Shown piece by piece: positions 35,731 to 45,894 of a stretch of 53,093 bases of DNA. The translations under genes were made by a program, and so were the position numbers. The notes below the pieces were generated by a model. That model did not search any database. It had not been told where the DNA came from and saw only the letters and a list, made by a program, of their open reading frames with translations. The DNA is taken from the IMG/VR virus record IMGVR_UViG_3300043220_000093, positions 1-53,093 of that record. The stretch is one strand, 5' to 3'. This DNA comes from a virus. Taxonomy: Duplodnaviria; Caudoviricetes. Positions within the stretch are counted from its first letter, which is position 1. Every line of letters begins with the position of its first letter.

Positions 35731-35846
35731 AATAGTCTCCTCATCCTGCTAAAGTATTTTGCAAGATTTTAAATTCTTTATTAGATTTGTGATTTACTTT
35801 TCATATTTCTTTTTTACATTAGCAAAACAAATACTTCAACGCTTTT

Positions 35847-37673
35847 TTAACTACGCAATAGAAGACCGACACCAATACGGATCGAACCAGTTGGCGCCGG
35901 GTAGGAGAACCAGGAATCAACATTCCTTTCTCCTGCGTTAATACCCGACTGAGGATTATTAATTAAGTCAGCTTGTACCTCAATGTGATCCTCCCATGTT
36001 GTTTTTGAACCATCGGTATTAATTGATTGTCCAAATGTTTCTCCCTCGGTAACAGTTCCAGTACTTCCTCTTTGCCAAAGATTTAAATAGAAATTAAGTA
36101 CTGCCATTTTGTCTTCTTTAATCCTGGTAAAACTATTTGGTGTATTCTCTGAAGTCTGGAGGGATCCCACAGAACTAACCTTGATAAAATCCCTCATCAA
36201 TATACCATTAGCAAACTGGAATTCCTGCGTTGTTGATGGAGTAAAGAAGTTTCTTATCAGCAACCCGGCGCCATTTATAAAATCAATTATATTGATTCCT
36301 GACTCTGCAAGGTCTGTTCTATCTACATCAGACCAGACAGTAGTTCTAACAATATCATTAACACCAAATATTGGCATCTCTCTGACTGCAGGGATGAAAT
36401 GAATTCCAAGCTTTTCAATAGACCTTATCCAGGCACCCATGATATGACCAACATTTGGAATATGACGGTCCGGGGCAATAGTTGAAGTTGAGAAGGGATC
36501 CGTTATCTTCAGCCAGTCTGCATTGATTACGCCGGCAACATCATCAGACCTTTGATAATTATTACCAATCGTTATATACTGTGACTTAGTTTGATTCTCA
36601 GCAACATTATAAATAACCTTTGGATAATCCCCGCTGGTCCTGCTCCTTGAATAAGTTTCAATTGCCTTCTGGACATCAACAGTTGTTGTCTCAGGATTCG
36701 CAAGAAACCTTATTGGCATATCATTAAAAGCAAGTAGAGATTGAGACCAATGTGCAACACTCGTTGGAGCTGTACCGTTTGCACCGGTCGCAAGATAAGC
36801 TACCGTTGTAACATCAGCCGGAAACTGGCTACCCAATGCGCTTACAACATCGAGGTCTGTAGCCAAAAGAAACTTTGAAGATGAAAATACATTCTCAACA
36901 AAGAAATCTGAAACAGAATCTTGCATCGTACACCAGACCTTTCCAAGTTGTTCATCAACTTCAGTCTCAACACCATTGATTGACTTTCTATATGTTCGGA
37001 GTCTGAAACCGGGGATAGTAACAACATCATCAACCTCCGGATTTGCAGCCCCATCAAAAGCTGCCAAGAAACTAACCTTTCCGGCAGATTCATCAATTGC
37101 TGTTATTTCTTTATAAACAGTTGCACCACCACCACCTACTGCAACAACCTTAACCATATCACCAACAACCATTCCTGCGACACTATCAACATAAATAAAA
37201 AGATCATCTTTTGTAGTTGCTGTCAGTACTGCAGTTGCAAAACGAACTCCATTGGTTATCGTATATCCAGTTCTGTTTCCCCAGGCTGAATAATCAAGCT
37301 CCTCTTCATATGCGGAATCAATCTTTAATGTATCTGCTCCAAGAGCATCAATAAGTGTAGCAGTTGCAGCAACACCATCAAATGCAGCGCCGTCATACCC
37401 GACATGACCGACCACATAGAGTTCTGCGGAAACATCAGCAACATTATCAAAGAAACCCTTAACTCCGTCCCATCCGTACCAGGATGATATTTCATGAGAG
37501 CCAAACTTCTCCTGGAACTGAGATATGTTCTGACACACCAAGGGAGCTTTATATCTTCTTCCGAACAGACCAACAATTCCACCGATATTAAAATCAGCAG
37601 CCCTGACGGTTTTTGATTTCTTTGTAGGTAGGCTCTGCCCGTATACACCTAATTGTCTTAAATTGGTTGGCAT
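35847..37673 (-). CDS. Contractile tail sheath protein
   Basis: GVY N-terminus, W..ITDP...PNVGH..G, GINII...G...RN, ENTPN, AD..NNP. Confidence 0.9.
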   Translation of the reverse strand: MPTNLRQLGVYGQSLPTKKSKTVRAADFNIGGIVGLFGRRYKAPLVCQNISQFQEKFGSHEISSWYGWDGVKGFFDNVADVSAELYVVGHVGYDGAAFDGVAATATLIDALGADTLKIDSAYEEELDYSAWGNRTGYTITNGVRFATAVLTATTKDDLFIYVDSVAGMVVGDMVKVVAVGGGGATVYKEITAIDESAGKVSFLAAFDGAANPEVDDVVTIPGFRLRTYRKSINGVETEVDEQLGKVWCTMQDSVSDFFVENVFSSSKFLLATDLDVVSALGSQFPADVTTVAYLATGANGTAPTSVAHWSQSLLAFNDMPIRFLANPETTTVDVQKAIETYSRSRTSGDYPKVIYNVAENQTKSQYITIGNNYQRSDDVAGVINADWLKITDPFSTSTIAPDRHIPNVGHIMGAWIRSIEKLGIHFIPAVREMPIFGVNDIVRTTVWSDVDRTDLAESGINIIDFINGAGLLIRNFFTPSTTQEFQFANGILMRDFIKVSSVGSLQTSENTPNSFTRIKEDKMAVLNFYLNLWQRGSTGTVTEGETFGQSINTDGSKTTWEDHIEVQADLINNPQSGINAGERNVDSWFSYPAPTGSIRIGVGLLLRS

Positions 37674-37674
37674 A

Positions 37675-37974
37675 TTACTTGACCTCCTTCACTAAAAATT
37701 CTCTTCTATGATTTTTAAAATCAGAATGCTCAACAACACTCCGGGGAACCGTCAAACTTGATGCACCCCAGAAAGTATAAACGTCTCTTCCAATATGCAA
37801 TTCTTTTTTTCTGTTCTGCTTGAACACAAGAATCACAGTATCTTTTTTCCCCGGAACATCCGGATCATTATTTTCACCAGGTACATCCGGTCCATCACTT
37901 GATTGCTCAAAATTTACTGGATTGTTACCGACGTGTTGATTGTCGTTGTCTTTACCAAACTTGCCCTTTGCCAT
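37675..37974 (-). CDS. Small hypothetical tail protein
   Basis: ORF upstream of sheath; SD AGGAGG. Confidence 0.6.
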   Translation of the reverse strand: MAKGKFGKDNDNQHVGNNPVNFEQSSDGPDVPGENNDPDVPGKKDTVILVFKQNRKKELHIGRDVYTFWGASSLTVPRSVVEHSDFKNHRREFLVKEVK

Positions 37975-39083
37975 ACGTCCTCCTTTAATTCCAGCACCGC
38001 TGGATATTGTATCTTTGGTATTATATCAAAAGCCTCCGTTGGTTCCTGAAGAACCGGAGCACCGCTAAATTCAAGATGAAACTTTCTTCCGTTTATATAT
38101 ACAACTTTTCTACCAATGAACTGCCGGACTATCTTTGTTAAATGAGCCATTATTTCATACTGCCGGGCCTCACAATCTAAAAGGATCGGGTGTCTAAAAT
38201 ATATTCCTTCCTGACGTTCCGAGGCTCCGAGGTCTGTGAATGTATCATATATACTTTGAAGCTCTGATTCTCTTTTTAAGTTTTCCGGTTCAAAACCCCA
38301 GATTGTTATGCCAGGTATAATTGCTTCAAGCGTATCCCGGCCACCATTTTCTATTGGGAAGAAAAGATATACGCTTGCATTTGTATAAGAATTAATCAAA
38401 GCGCTACCATCATACAGGTCAGTCATAAAATAAACGCCTTCCTTGTTCCTGCGTACCTGGTGTGTCTCATCATTATTTCCATCATCAATAAGCACAACTG
38501 CATAGTCATCTATGAAATTAAAATTTGTCAGAGTAAGTGTTTCATCATTTGCAGAACCGGACATTGTACCGAGTAAAAAAGTATCAAGAGTATCACGGAA
38601 AGTTTCCATTCCTGATTTTATTCCATCAAATAAATCCAAAGGAACCTCATCCTTTGCGACCACCATGTAAGACATTACCAAATAATCTGAATCATCATGA
38701 AGCGCTGTAATTTTTATCATATCAAGTGTTGAAATAGAACTGACATCAATAACAATATGGTGGAATGTTCTCCATACAGGGAGGTAATAAATATTACCGG
38801 TACCTATTTCAATCTTATATGAGAAATCACTCACTTGCTTAAAGTCTGTTCCTTTTTTCTGTTGAGACCAAACGCTTACAACAAGCTCTTCATAATTTGA
38901 AATATCAACATCATCATAAGTCTTTTCAACATAACTATCAAGACCACTGAAATTAAATATAAGAGATTTTGACAGACCTCCAGCAATATACTGTCCGTGG
39001 TCATTCAACCCATATACAGAAGTTGAACCACCACTTTCTGACCATCCTGTAGTTGAATCAAGATTATCTATTACAAGATTCAT
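37914..39083 (-). CDS. Tail terminator/neck protein with extra N-terminal beta domain
   Basis: Position in the neck cluster; PGITIWGFEP in the C-terminal half. Confidence 0.55.
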   Translation of the reverse strand: MNLVIDNLDSTTGWSESGGSTSVYGLNDHGQYIAGGLSKSLIFNFSGLDSYVEKTYDDVDISNYEELVVSVWSQQKKGTDFKQVSDFSYKIEIGTGNIYYLPVWRTFHHIVIDVSSISTLDMIKITALHDDSDYLVMSYMVVAKDEVPLDLFDGIKSGMETFRDTLDTFLLGTMSGSANDETLTLTNFNFIDDYAVVLIDDGNNDETHQVRRNKEGVYFMTDLYDGSALINSYTNASVYLFFPIENGGRDTLEAIIPGITIWGFEPENLKRESELQSIYDTFTDLGASERQEGIYFRHPILLDCEARQYEIMAHLTKIVRQFIGRKVVYINGRKFHLEFSGAPVLQEPTEAFDIIPKIQYPAVLELKEDVWQRASLVKTTTINTSVTIQ

Positions 39084-39682
39084 TGTGACATAAACTCCTT
39101 TCCAATAATCTTTTCATTCGCAAATATCTTTTTTAACAATTCATCCGTTCCGGTCTGGATATACTGATTGATTGCTCTTTTTACTTTTTGAGAACGGTCA
39201 CTCTTTTTTGTTTTATTCAATATATTTCTATATGTCAAGAAAGCCACCGGCCTCGGTGGTATTCTAATCATCACTCCATCTTTCCTTACAATCGTTGCTC
39301 CGTGCTCATGTATATCCAGCAGCTTCCTTAACTCCAATTCTGCAGTATGATGTTTTGCCCACCGGGGCTGGGCCTTCCATCCATTCTTCAGCTTTTGTAT
39401 AAAGAACATATTAACATAACTATTTTTTTCTGTTTTCCCGGCACCATAAAGGGGAGTAGATGCTTTCGTATATCCTTTACTTTCTTTCTGCATTATAGTC
39501 ATCATACTTAATGCCATAATATCAAGATTGTTACCTTCGATGTTTCTTTGAAAATCTTTTATAAAATCAACAACCTGTTGTTTTGTAATAGCATGAAAAA
39601 GATTATCAGTGAAAGCGGGGATCCGATCAATCCTCTTTTCGATATCCCTAAACCGCTTTGACATTTTAATCTTCATTGTCAT
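39080..39682 (-). CDS. Tail completion/virion morphogenesis protein
   Basis: ALS..TI..K...PL...IHEHGA...IPPRP. Confidence 0.7.
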   Translation of the reverse strand: MTMKIKMSKRFRDIEKRIDRIPAFTDNLFHAITKQQVVDFIKDFQRNIEGNNLDIMALSMMTIMQKESKGYTKASTPLYGAGKTEKNSYVNMFFIQKLKNGWKAQPRWAKHHTAELELRKLLDIHEHGATIVRKDGVMIRIPPRPVAFLTYRNILNKTKKSDRSQKVKRAINQYIQTGTDELLKKIFANEKIIGKEFMSQ

Positions 39683-40116
39683 CTTCTCACCAACCCAAAT
39701 GTTGCATACAAGAATGTATCCTGAAACTGACTAATCAATCCATATTCTTTTATTGTAAAAGTTCTTTCTCTTATTTTAAAACTGGCTCTCGCTGCATTAA
39801 TATCAACCTCTGGATTTATATTGTTATTATTCCAATCCCTCATTGCTGTATAAATCAATACATCAACCTTTTCTCTAAGCCCAGCTTTTTTTAAATCTTT
39901 ATCAATTGGATTATAAGTTACCGGATAAGCATACATATTTATTCCATCTACAACAGTTCTCCTTTTGAGAGAATCATATTTATCTCTTTGAACGCTTGAT
40001 TCTCCACGGGAATAATAAACAATTGGCATTCCAATTTCATCAATCACACACTTTGCATCATCGAGCGCGTGATTAGTTTGGAAACTATAATGCTCTCTTG
40101 AGCAAGGCATAGTCAT
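39679..40116 (-). CDS. Head closure (stopper) protein
   Basis: Size and position in the neck cluster. Confidence 0.55.
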   Translation of the reverse strand: MTMPCSREHYSFQTNHALDDAKCVIDEIGMPIVYYSRGESSVQRDKYDSLKRRTVVDGINMYAYPVTYNPIDKDLKKAGLREKVDVLIYTAMRDWNNNNINPEVDINAARASFKIRERTFTIKEYGLISQFQDTFLYATFGLVRR

Positions 40117-40736
40117 GATGCCACCACCGATGTTTTCTTGCGGTTCAAGATTGCCATTGCCTGTTTTGATAATCTTTTTCTGATATTAGTATACTTTCCC
40201 ATATCTCCGTATTGCTTGGAATAAGCCTGTACTGCTAGATTCCCTCCACCGGTCTGACCCTCAATCATATCAAGCATTGTCACACAGGTTAATTTTTTTA
40301 TTGCCATTGCCACATCAGCGTCAAGAGTACCACCGGCTTTATACGTAATTTTTATATTCTTCTGGCCCCGCGGGAATTTTCGCGTAAAATAATATTCACT
40401 GAGGCCGGCAATAGCTTTTATTTCTCCCAGGTCACCAATTAACTCAATAGAGCTTAAGCTTAAGGTTCCGTCAATATCTCCACCGCTTACCAACTTAACC
40501 TCAGTTATCTCACTGACATTCCTTCTGCTTAAAAACAATACATCTTTCCCGGTCCCGTTTAAGTATTCAACAAATGTTTCTTCAGTAGAAATACTTGCAC
40601 CAACCATATGCTCTACGAACGGGATCACATTTGTGTCACGTTCATCATCAATCCAATCTCTCGAAAGGACTTCTGTATTTATACCGTAACCTGCCAAATA
40701 TTCACGGCACTTTGTTGCTGTCGGTATATTAGCCAT
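40113..40736 (-). CDS. Head-tail adaptor (gp6/gp15-like)
   Basis: E..NG.G...L...FPRGQKNIKITYKAG...DV..A. Confidence 0.75.
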   Translation of the reverse strand: MANIPTATKCREYLAGYGINTEVLSRDWIDDERDTNVIPFVEHMVGASISTEETFVEYLNGTGKDVLFLSRRNVSEITEVKLVSGGDIDGTLSLSSIELIGDLGEIKAIAGLSEYYFTRKFPRGQKNIKITYKAGGTLDADVAMAIKKLTCVTMLDMIEGQTGGGNLAVQAYSKQYGDMGKYTNIRKRLSKQAMAILNRKKTSVVAS

Positions 40737-40746
40737 TACATACCAC

Positions 40747-42360
40747 CTATTGTATTATGTCCTGGTCTATCGAAAAAGACTCGATAGTTACAGTGTCTTC
40801 CTTGATATATACTTCTTGGTTATTATTCGCCCATGTTACCTCAACAGCAACGAAAAGCTCAGAGTCCGCGGTCAAGGTGTCAGTCTCTGATGCAGGCGCT
40901 TCAACCCGGATGCTTCCAACCAAAACATTATTAAGCTTATCCCGATCAACAATGATACCATCACTTAAATCTTTTTCGATAAGAGCAGCACCTGTCTTTG
41001 TTTCTTTCAGCTGGAAAACAATAGTTTGTGCTGATGACAGAGTAGTAATGACAGTTCCATCACCATCTGTTAAAGCAAAATCCAGAATCATTGTGTTTCC
41101 TTTTTTTATTTCCATGTTACCACCTTCAGACATAACCATGTATTTTGAAACAGTACCTATTATTTTATATTTTTCCATTACAGCATTAATAAAATATTTT
41201 GTAATCGTTCCAATAACACGCGGTATTTTTAAACCAATAGTTTTAATAGTGCTGAGTACATCTGTAACTCCAACCGTATCATAAATAGTAACCAGAATTA
41301 TTTTGAAAGCGTTAATAGAATCAGTAATTCCAACATTATCCGATATACTTTTGATATAGCTGATTGACCTGCTTATAACACCTGTGACTCCAACCGTGCT
41401 TGAGAGAGAGACAATATACCCAACTGATTTTGATATTAAATCTGTAATGCCAACATTGTCAAAAATACTTTTTACATACGAAACTGATTTCAATATTAAA
41501 TCAGTGACACTAACAGATTCCATAATAGACTTCTTGTAACCAACTGCCTTTAATAAAGCGTCTGTGATTCCTGCGGTATCAGAAATTGATTTTGCATATC
41601 CGGCTGATGTTGTCAGTGTGTCGGTAATTCCGACAGATTCAGATAATGATTTTTGATAAGCTATACCACCAGCTGTCACAAAAAAATTATTATGCGGAGT
41701 ATATGGATTTAATATTGCCGGATGCGGTGACACTGTCGGGCCGTTTGTCGGTGTCAGACTCAATCCACCAACTAAATCATTATCATTATCCCGAACAAGT
41801 GGAACATAGAAAACTAAATTTTGTGGTCTAATTAGCAATGGAGAGTAACCTAGACTCAACATTAAAACTTCTGTATCAGTTAATGCGACATTCCATATGC
41901 CAACTTCGGCAACCATCCCCGAAAATGGGTCGTCATCATCAGTCCCATTATTATATTTTAGTGAACCTACAGTCGTATTATCTAACCCAGATGGAACCGA
42001 CCTATTAGCTGAATCTGTACCTTTAGATCCTCCATCCAGATAAATTCTCCGGTCATTAGTAGCAGCAAAAACCGCGCATCCGTGATGCCAAGTATTTACC
42101 GAAACGCCCGAGGTTGTTTCGGCGTTTGCTGATGAACCGTTAAATTCCTGCGCCCATAACGGATCACCTCCAACGGCTCCACGGAGCACTAACCAGAATC
42201 CATCAAAACCGGTACTATTTCTCGACATCCCCATAATAGTCTGGGTAACTGTCACATCATTGGTATTGAAAAAACATGCTAATGTAATCCCTTGAATTGT
42301 AACGACAGGGGTTTCTGTAATTAAATACTGAGGTATACTTCTATCAAACAATCTTGACAT
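40747..42360 (-). CDS. LamG/ConA-domain fibre protein with 20-aa repeats and BppU-like C-terminal domain
   Basis: WHHGCAV...IYLDG...FSG.VAEVGIWN.ALT..E; 7 x YxKSI.D.VGITD; C-terminal IKKG.T..L.F.LTD.DG. Confidence 0.75.
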   Translation of the reverse strand: MSRLFDRSIPQYLITETPVVTIQGITLACFFNTNDVTVTQTIMGMSRNSTGFDGFWLVLRGAVGGDPLWAQEFNGSSANAETTSGVSVNTWHHGCAVFAATNDRRIYLDGGSKGTDSANRSVPSGLDNTTVGSLKYNNGTDDDDPFSGMVAEVGIWNVALTDTEVLMLSLGYSPLLIRPQNLVFYVPLVRDNDNDLVGGLSLTPTNGPTVSPHPAILNPYTPHNNFFVTAGGIAYQKSLSESVGITDTLTTSAGYAKSISDTAGITDALLKAVGYKKSIMESVSVTDLILKSVSYVKSIFDNVGITDLISKSVGYIVSLSSTVGVTGVISRSISYIKSISDNVGITDSINAFKIILVTIYDTVGVTDVLSTIKTIGLKIPRVIGTITKYFINAVMEKYKIIGTVSKYMVMSEGGNMEIKKGNTMILDFALTDGDGTVITTLSSAQTIVFQLKETKTGAALIEKDLSDGIIVDRDKLNNVLVGSIRVEAPASETDTLTADSELFVAVEVTWANNNQEVYIKEDTVTIESFSIDQDIIQ

Positions 42361-42361
42361 T

Positions 42362-42853
42362 CTACGTTTCCTTTATCTCAACAAAAAGTAATTCCGCGTC
42401 TCCGACAGCCCCATCATTAACCGCGTCCCTTGTAACCTTAATTCTGAATCCTTCACCAACTGCAATACTGTCCATCTGTGCACCATTAGTAAATGCGATA
42501 GAAACAATATCAACAAGCCCGCTTATACCGGGAACAGTTATATTATCAACACTTTGAACCGCTGCGAATCCGTCTGAGTCAATATCTTGTTGCTGGTCTC
42601 CAATTCTCTCAAAAGAAACATCCCAATCAATCTCTCCGGCAACGGCACTCGACATTGCAAAATGAAGATATACAGTTAATCCGCCACCTGAATAATTCCG
42701 GGGCATGACCGCTGAAAATATAGCACTCCAATTTGTCGTGTCATCGAAATCCAAAACAGGGTGTTGGTTCCGTATATCAAATGTTGCGAATACTGACGCC
42801 GGAGGCTCGTTCATTAAGGGTGTAAATATTAGTAGTGTATTCCCTGATGCCAT
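42362..42853 (-). CDS. Hypothetical structural protein
   Basis: Beta-rich acidic ORF in the fibre cluster. Confidence 0.6.
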   Translation of the reverse strand: MASGNTLLIFTPLMNEPPASVFATFDIRNQHPVLDFDDTTNWSAIFSAVMPRNYSGGGLTVYLHFAMSSAVAGEIDWDVSFERIGDQQQDIDSDGFAAVQSVDNITVPGISGLVDIVSIAFTNGAQMDSIAVGEGFRIKVTRDAVNDGAVGDAELLFVEIKET

Positions 42854-42855
42854 TG

Positions 42856-43104
42856 TTAAACCTCCATTCGCTTATCAACTAAATATTTCAAAATCATAGC
42901 TTTCTCGTTCACGTTCAATTTTGCCCTTGCTGATTCTGGGATTGCCTGATTTATTGCGGCTGCATTATCATCAAGATACGAGTCAAGCCCTTCCAGCGCA
43001 TCATCAAAATCCTGCTTTGTCGCCTCTGTTTCAATGCGGTTGTTAGATAGATATTTTGATATCTTCTGACGCGCTTCGGTTATCTGTTCATTTTTTATTG
43101 CCAT
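42856..43104 (-). CDS. Hypothetical protein
   Basis: Likely start MAIKNEQ. Confidence 0.55.
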   Translation of the reverse strand: MAIKNEQITEARQKISKYLSNNRIETEATKQDFDDALEGLDSYLDDNAAAINQAIPESARAKLNVNEKAMILKYLVDKRMEV

Positions 43105-43106
43105 AA

Positions 43107-43658
43107 TTATGATCCTATATAAGTGACTTCCCAATCAATTTGAAGTGTATCAGATACTGCTATAGGTAAAGCTGGACTTATTTCTGCATATGCCAAACAA
43201 TCACCAGATGCTGCAACTGCATTATTCATTAATGCTGCTTCATCGACAGTTGCATTAAGAAGTCCTGCTGTAAACAAAGCTCTATATTGAGTAACATTAT
43301 CATCTGCTGCACCAAATGCACCTTTTTGTTTCGGGTATGTTGCTTCCATTCCTTTTGGAGAACCAGTTGGTGTAGTACATGAAGTTCTAGATTTAATCTC
43401 TGATGTAAATCCTGTTCCAACTTCAATATATCCATTGGTATTATCTACTTTAGTTCTTGCCGGAGTTTCAGACATTTGATCGGCTATAAGAGCATCACCT
43501 TCATCAGTGATGATATTATTTGTCTCAACTATCATCAAAGACCCACGAAGATTAAGAACATTCTGCCACCATTTAGGCTCGAATCTTTTTATCTTACCAT
43601 CTTTAGTACGGACAGTAAATTTAACTTTACCTTTTATTTTCATTTTATCTCTTAACAT
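43107..43658 (-). CDS. Fibre/collar base domain structural protein
   Basis: NIITDEG...YIEVGTG...F..G...VDEAAL...DTLQIDWEV. Confidence 0.6.
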   Translation of the reverse strand: MLRDKMKIKGKVKFTVRTKDGKIKRFEPKWWQNVLNLRGSLMIVETNNIITDEGDALIADQMSETPARTKVDNTNGYIEVGTGFTSEIKSRTSCTTPTGSPKGMEATYPKQKGAFGAADDNVTQYRALFTAGLLNATVDEAALMNNAVAASGDCLAYAEISPALPIAVSDTLQIDWEVTYIGS

Positions 43659-43668
43659 CTTTTTCTCC

Positions 43669-44259
43669 TTAGTATGTATGTCCTTCTGCTTTAACAATCA
43701 GTGTATTTAATGCAGCATTTTGACTTGATATCGCTGCACTAATTCTTTCATTTGGTCCAACAAGTTTTGACAATATAGGACGGGTTCCTTCTTGACTTTG
43801 TACGGCTGACCTTGAAGCTGAAAAAACTCCTATTCTAATTTCTGCACCTGGAGCACCCTTATAAACTGAAATTGCATATTCTCCATTTGCACTTATATCT
43901 GAAACATTTAAAAAATGTAAATCAAAATCATCTGTTATCGTATTCACTGGAATTATTTCTGTCGGTGTTGGATATGCTGCCCATACTCCGGATGCTTTTG
44001 TTAATACAATTCCATCTGCTAATTCAGGATATAGAAATACAGTGTTGTGTAAATGGTCATCTATTTTGTGACCTCTACCTATTAGCGTAATTGTATTGTG
44101 GTCATCATCTCTATTGCCAATAATATCACGCATAACAGTATTATCAGATCCGTCCTGTGCAGGAACATCATGATATCCATCTATGATACCAACCTCAGTA
44201 AGAATTGTATCAGTTGTATTTTTAACTAACCAAATGAGACCTCTTTTCCAAACACTCAT
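43669..44259 (-). CDS. Hypothetical structural protein
   Basis: ORF in the late operon. Confidence 0.55.
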   Translation of the reverse strand: MSVWKRGLIWLVKNTTDTILTEVGIIDGYHDVPAQDGSDNTVMRDIIGNRDDDHNTITLIGRGHKIDDHLHNTVFLYPELADGIVLTKASGVWAAYPTPTEIIPVNTITDDFDLHFLNVSDISANGEYAISVYKGAPGAEIRIGVFSASRSAVQSQEGTRPILSKLVGPNERISAAISSQNAALNTLIVKAEGHTY

Positions 44260-44606
44260 TATTGTGCCCTCATTGTCATAATCGAAGAACCTGCACCAAT
44301 CTGTACAAGTCTCATAGCTGTAACAGGGTCCGCGGTATCATTAGTATCGACTGCAACAGCACCCAAATCCCAATCAACCCAGGTCTCTGTACCGGCTTTA
44401 ACTTCTGCTACACTATTTGTAGTTGTTTGGACTTTTGCTGTTGCTCCGGTTGGCTCTACTGTTACGGATATTGTTTTAACATCATCAGGAATAAGGATTG
44501 ATTCACCATTACCGGGTGCAGCTAATTCATCTTTTGCTTCAAAGGCTTTAAGTCCAACATCTCCACCCTCTTTAGTGGGCGCTACGTTCATTTCTTTAAC
44601 AGCCAT
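44259..44606 (-). CDS. Hypothetical structural protein (jelly-roll-like)
   Basis: V.V.P...A.VQ.T...W..W...A.RL pattern. Confidence 0.55.
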   Translation of the reverse strand: MAVKEMNVAPTKEGGDVGLKAFEAKDELAAPGNGESILIPDDVKTISVTVEPTGATAKVQTTTNSVAEVKAGTETWVDWDLGAVAVDTNDTADPVTAMRLVQIGAGSSIMTMRAQ

Positions 44607-44640
44607 TTTGGTAACCTCTTGTGTATAATATTTATAATAG

Positions 44641-44681
44641 CAAAAACTCCCGCCCAGAGGAGGTAAAAACTGGACAGGAGT
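44641..44681 (-). terminator. Intrinsic terminator after the capsid/decoration genes
   Basis: 12-bp stem acuccuguccag/cugggcgggagu (GU pairs only on the minus strand) followed by UUUUG. Confidence 0.8.
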
Positions 44682-44701
44682 AAGGATTTAATGAAAAATA
44701 T

Positions 44702-45592
44702 TTACGGTGCTGCACGAAATACTGCATAAGAAATAATACAATCTCCCTGGGGTTCGGCATCAAAACCAAAAGTAATACCACCTGCTGCCGCGACCGCTGA
44801 AGCTCCAACAACTGTTCCTGTACCACTATCAAGTATACTCCATACTATAACATCACCTGAAAGTACATCTGCTTCTACTACAAGAATCGTTATACCATAA
44901 GCGACATCTGCTGCCGACTCCTGTGCAGTGGTTCCTGCAAAATGAGAACTTGCATCCGCATCATGAGTATTGTATTTTGCTTTTAGATCATTAAGTCTGG
45001 TTAATGCTTCATTAAGATCAGTTGGTGTTACCGCACTTGTCGGCGAAGCGTCTCCACCTTCCTGCCCTTCATGATAGGCCCATGCTGCACCTAATTCAGA
45101 ATCATCCTCATGTACATCATAAGCTGTGAGAAGTAGTCCAGTCAAAGCTAACATTGAAGCTAAATCATCACAATCATCTTCAGTTACCGGAAAATTTACC
45201 GTATCTGCAGCAGTCGTATGCTCTGTTGCATTTGCTGCATGAGTATTCATTGTTGCTTTTAATGCATTAGCTAATACAATCGCACTTGCTAATCCATCAA
45301 TATTTTCATCTCTGTCTGTGGTTTTTGCTTCATCCGATGCAATACCAATCAACAAACCAGCAGCAATCTTTGAGAGTGTAACAGCATTAACAGCAATATC
45401 ATCACTACCCACTTCACCATCAAGAATTTTTTCACTGGTTACAGCATCATTTGCAAGTTCTTCAGTAGAAACTGATCCTGCTGGTAATTCACCCGCTAAA
45501 GCCTGTTGTAATCTTGTACCTATCTTATGGACCTGGTGTCCGGGGGACAGGTTATTTATGGCTTGTGCTAAAACATCATCTATTATAGCCAT
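44702..45592 (-). CDS. Capsid decoration/head fibre protein
   Basis: AVTSEKI.DG.V / AVT.SKIA repeats; follows MCP. Confidence 0.55.
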   Translation of the reverse strand: MAIIDDVLAQAINNLSPGHQVHKIGTRLQQALAGELPAGSVSTEELANDAVTSEKILDGEVGSDDIAVNAVTLSKIAAGLLIGIASDEAKTTDRDENIDGLASAIVLANALKATMNTHAANATEHTTAADTVNFPVTEDDCDDLASMLALTGLLLTAYDVHEDDSELGAAWAYHEGQEGGDASPTSAVTPTDLNEALTRLNDLKAKYNTHDADASSHFAGTTAQESAADVAYGITILVVEADVLSGDVIVWSILDSGTGTVVGASAVAAAGGITFGFDAEPQGDCIISYAVFRAAP

Positions 45593-45594
45593 AT

Positions 45595-45894
45595 TTATTC
45601 CTCCAATTTCCTGATTAAAATATACTCTTTACTTAATAAAAAATCTGCCAGAATCTTTTCTTTTGTTGTAACAACATTCCTAACACACTTCATCAAATAT
45701 TCCTCTTCACCAATCATCACCTTGTGTTCAAAGCTCTTCGGTGCATCAATCTCAACTTCAGGATGAAGTAAAAAATATTCTACAGATTTTTTAACTTCGG
45801 GATGTGCTTCCTCTATTGTTTCAATAACAACTTCAACAGGGGGAGACACATCCCGTTTACTTTCTTCATACTCCTTTTGGGTTATAACACCCAT
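45595..45894 (-). CDS. Hypothetical protein
   Basis: Likely start MGVITQ, overlapping the MCP stop. Confidence 0.55.
   Translation of the reverse strand: MGVITQKEYEESKRDVSPPVEVVIETIEEAHPEVKKSVEYFLLHPEVEIDAPKSFEHKVMIGEEEYLMKCVRNVVTTKEKILADFLLSKEYILIRKLEE

Noticed and set aside
35745-35846. Inverted repeats in the sheath-tube gap as a MITE or intron remnant
   Set aside because: Only 6-9 bp AT-rich matches, compatible with chance
25403-44636. TAAATATTATA before two late genes (~25403-25413 and 44624-44634) as a late promoter
   Set aside because: Only two AT-only instances in an AT-rich genome; not enough support
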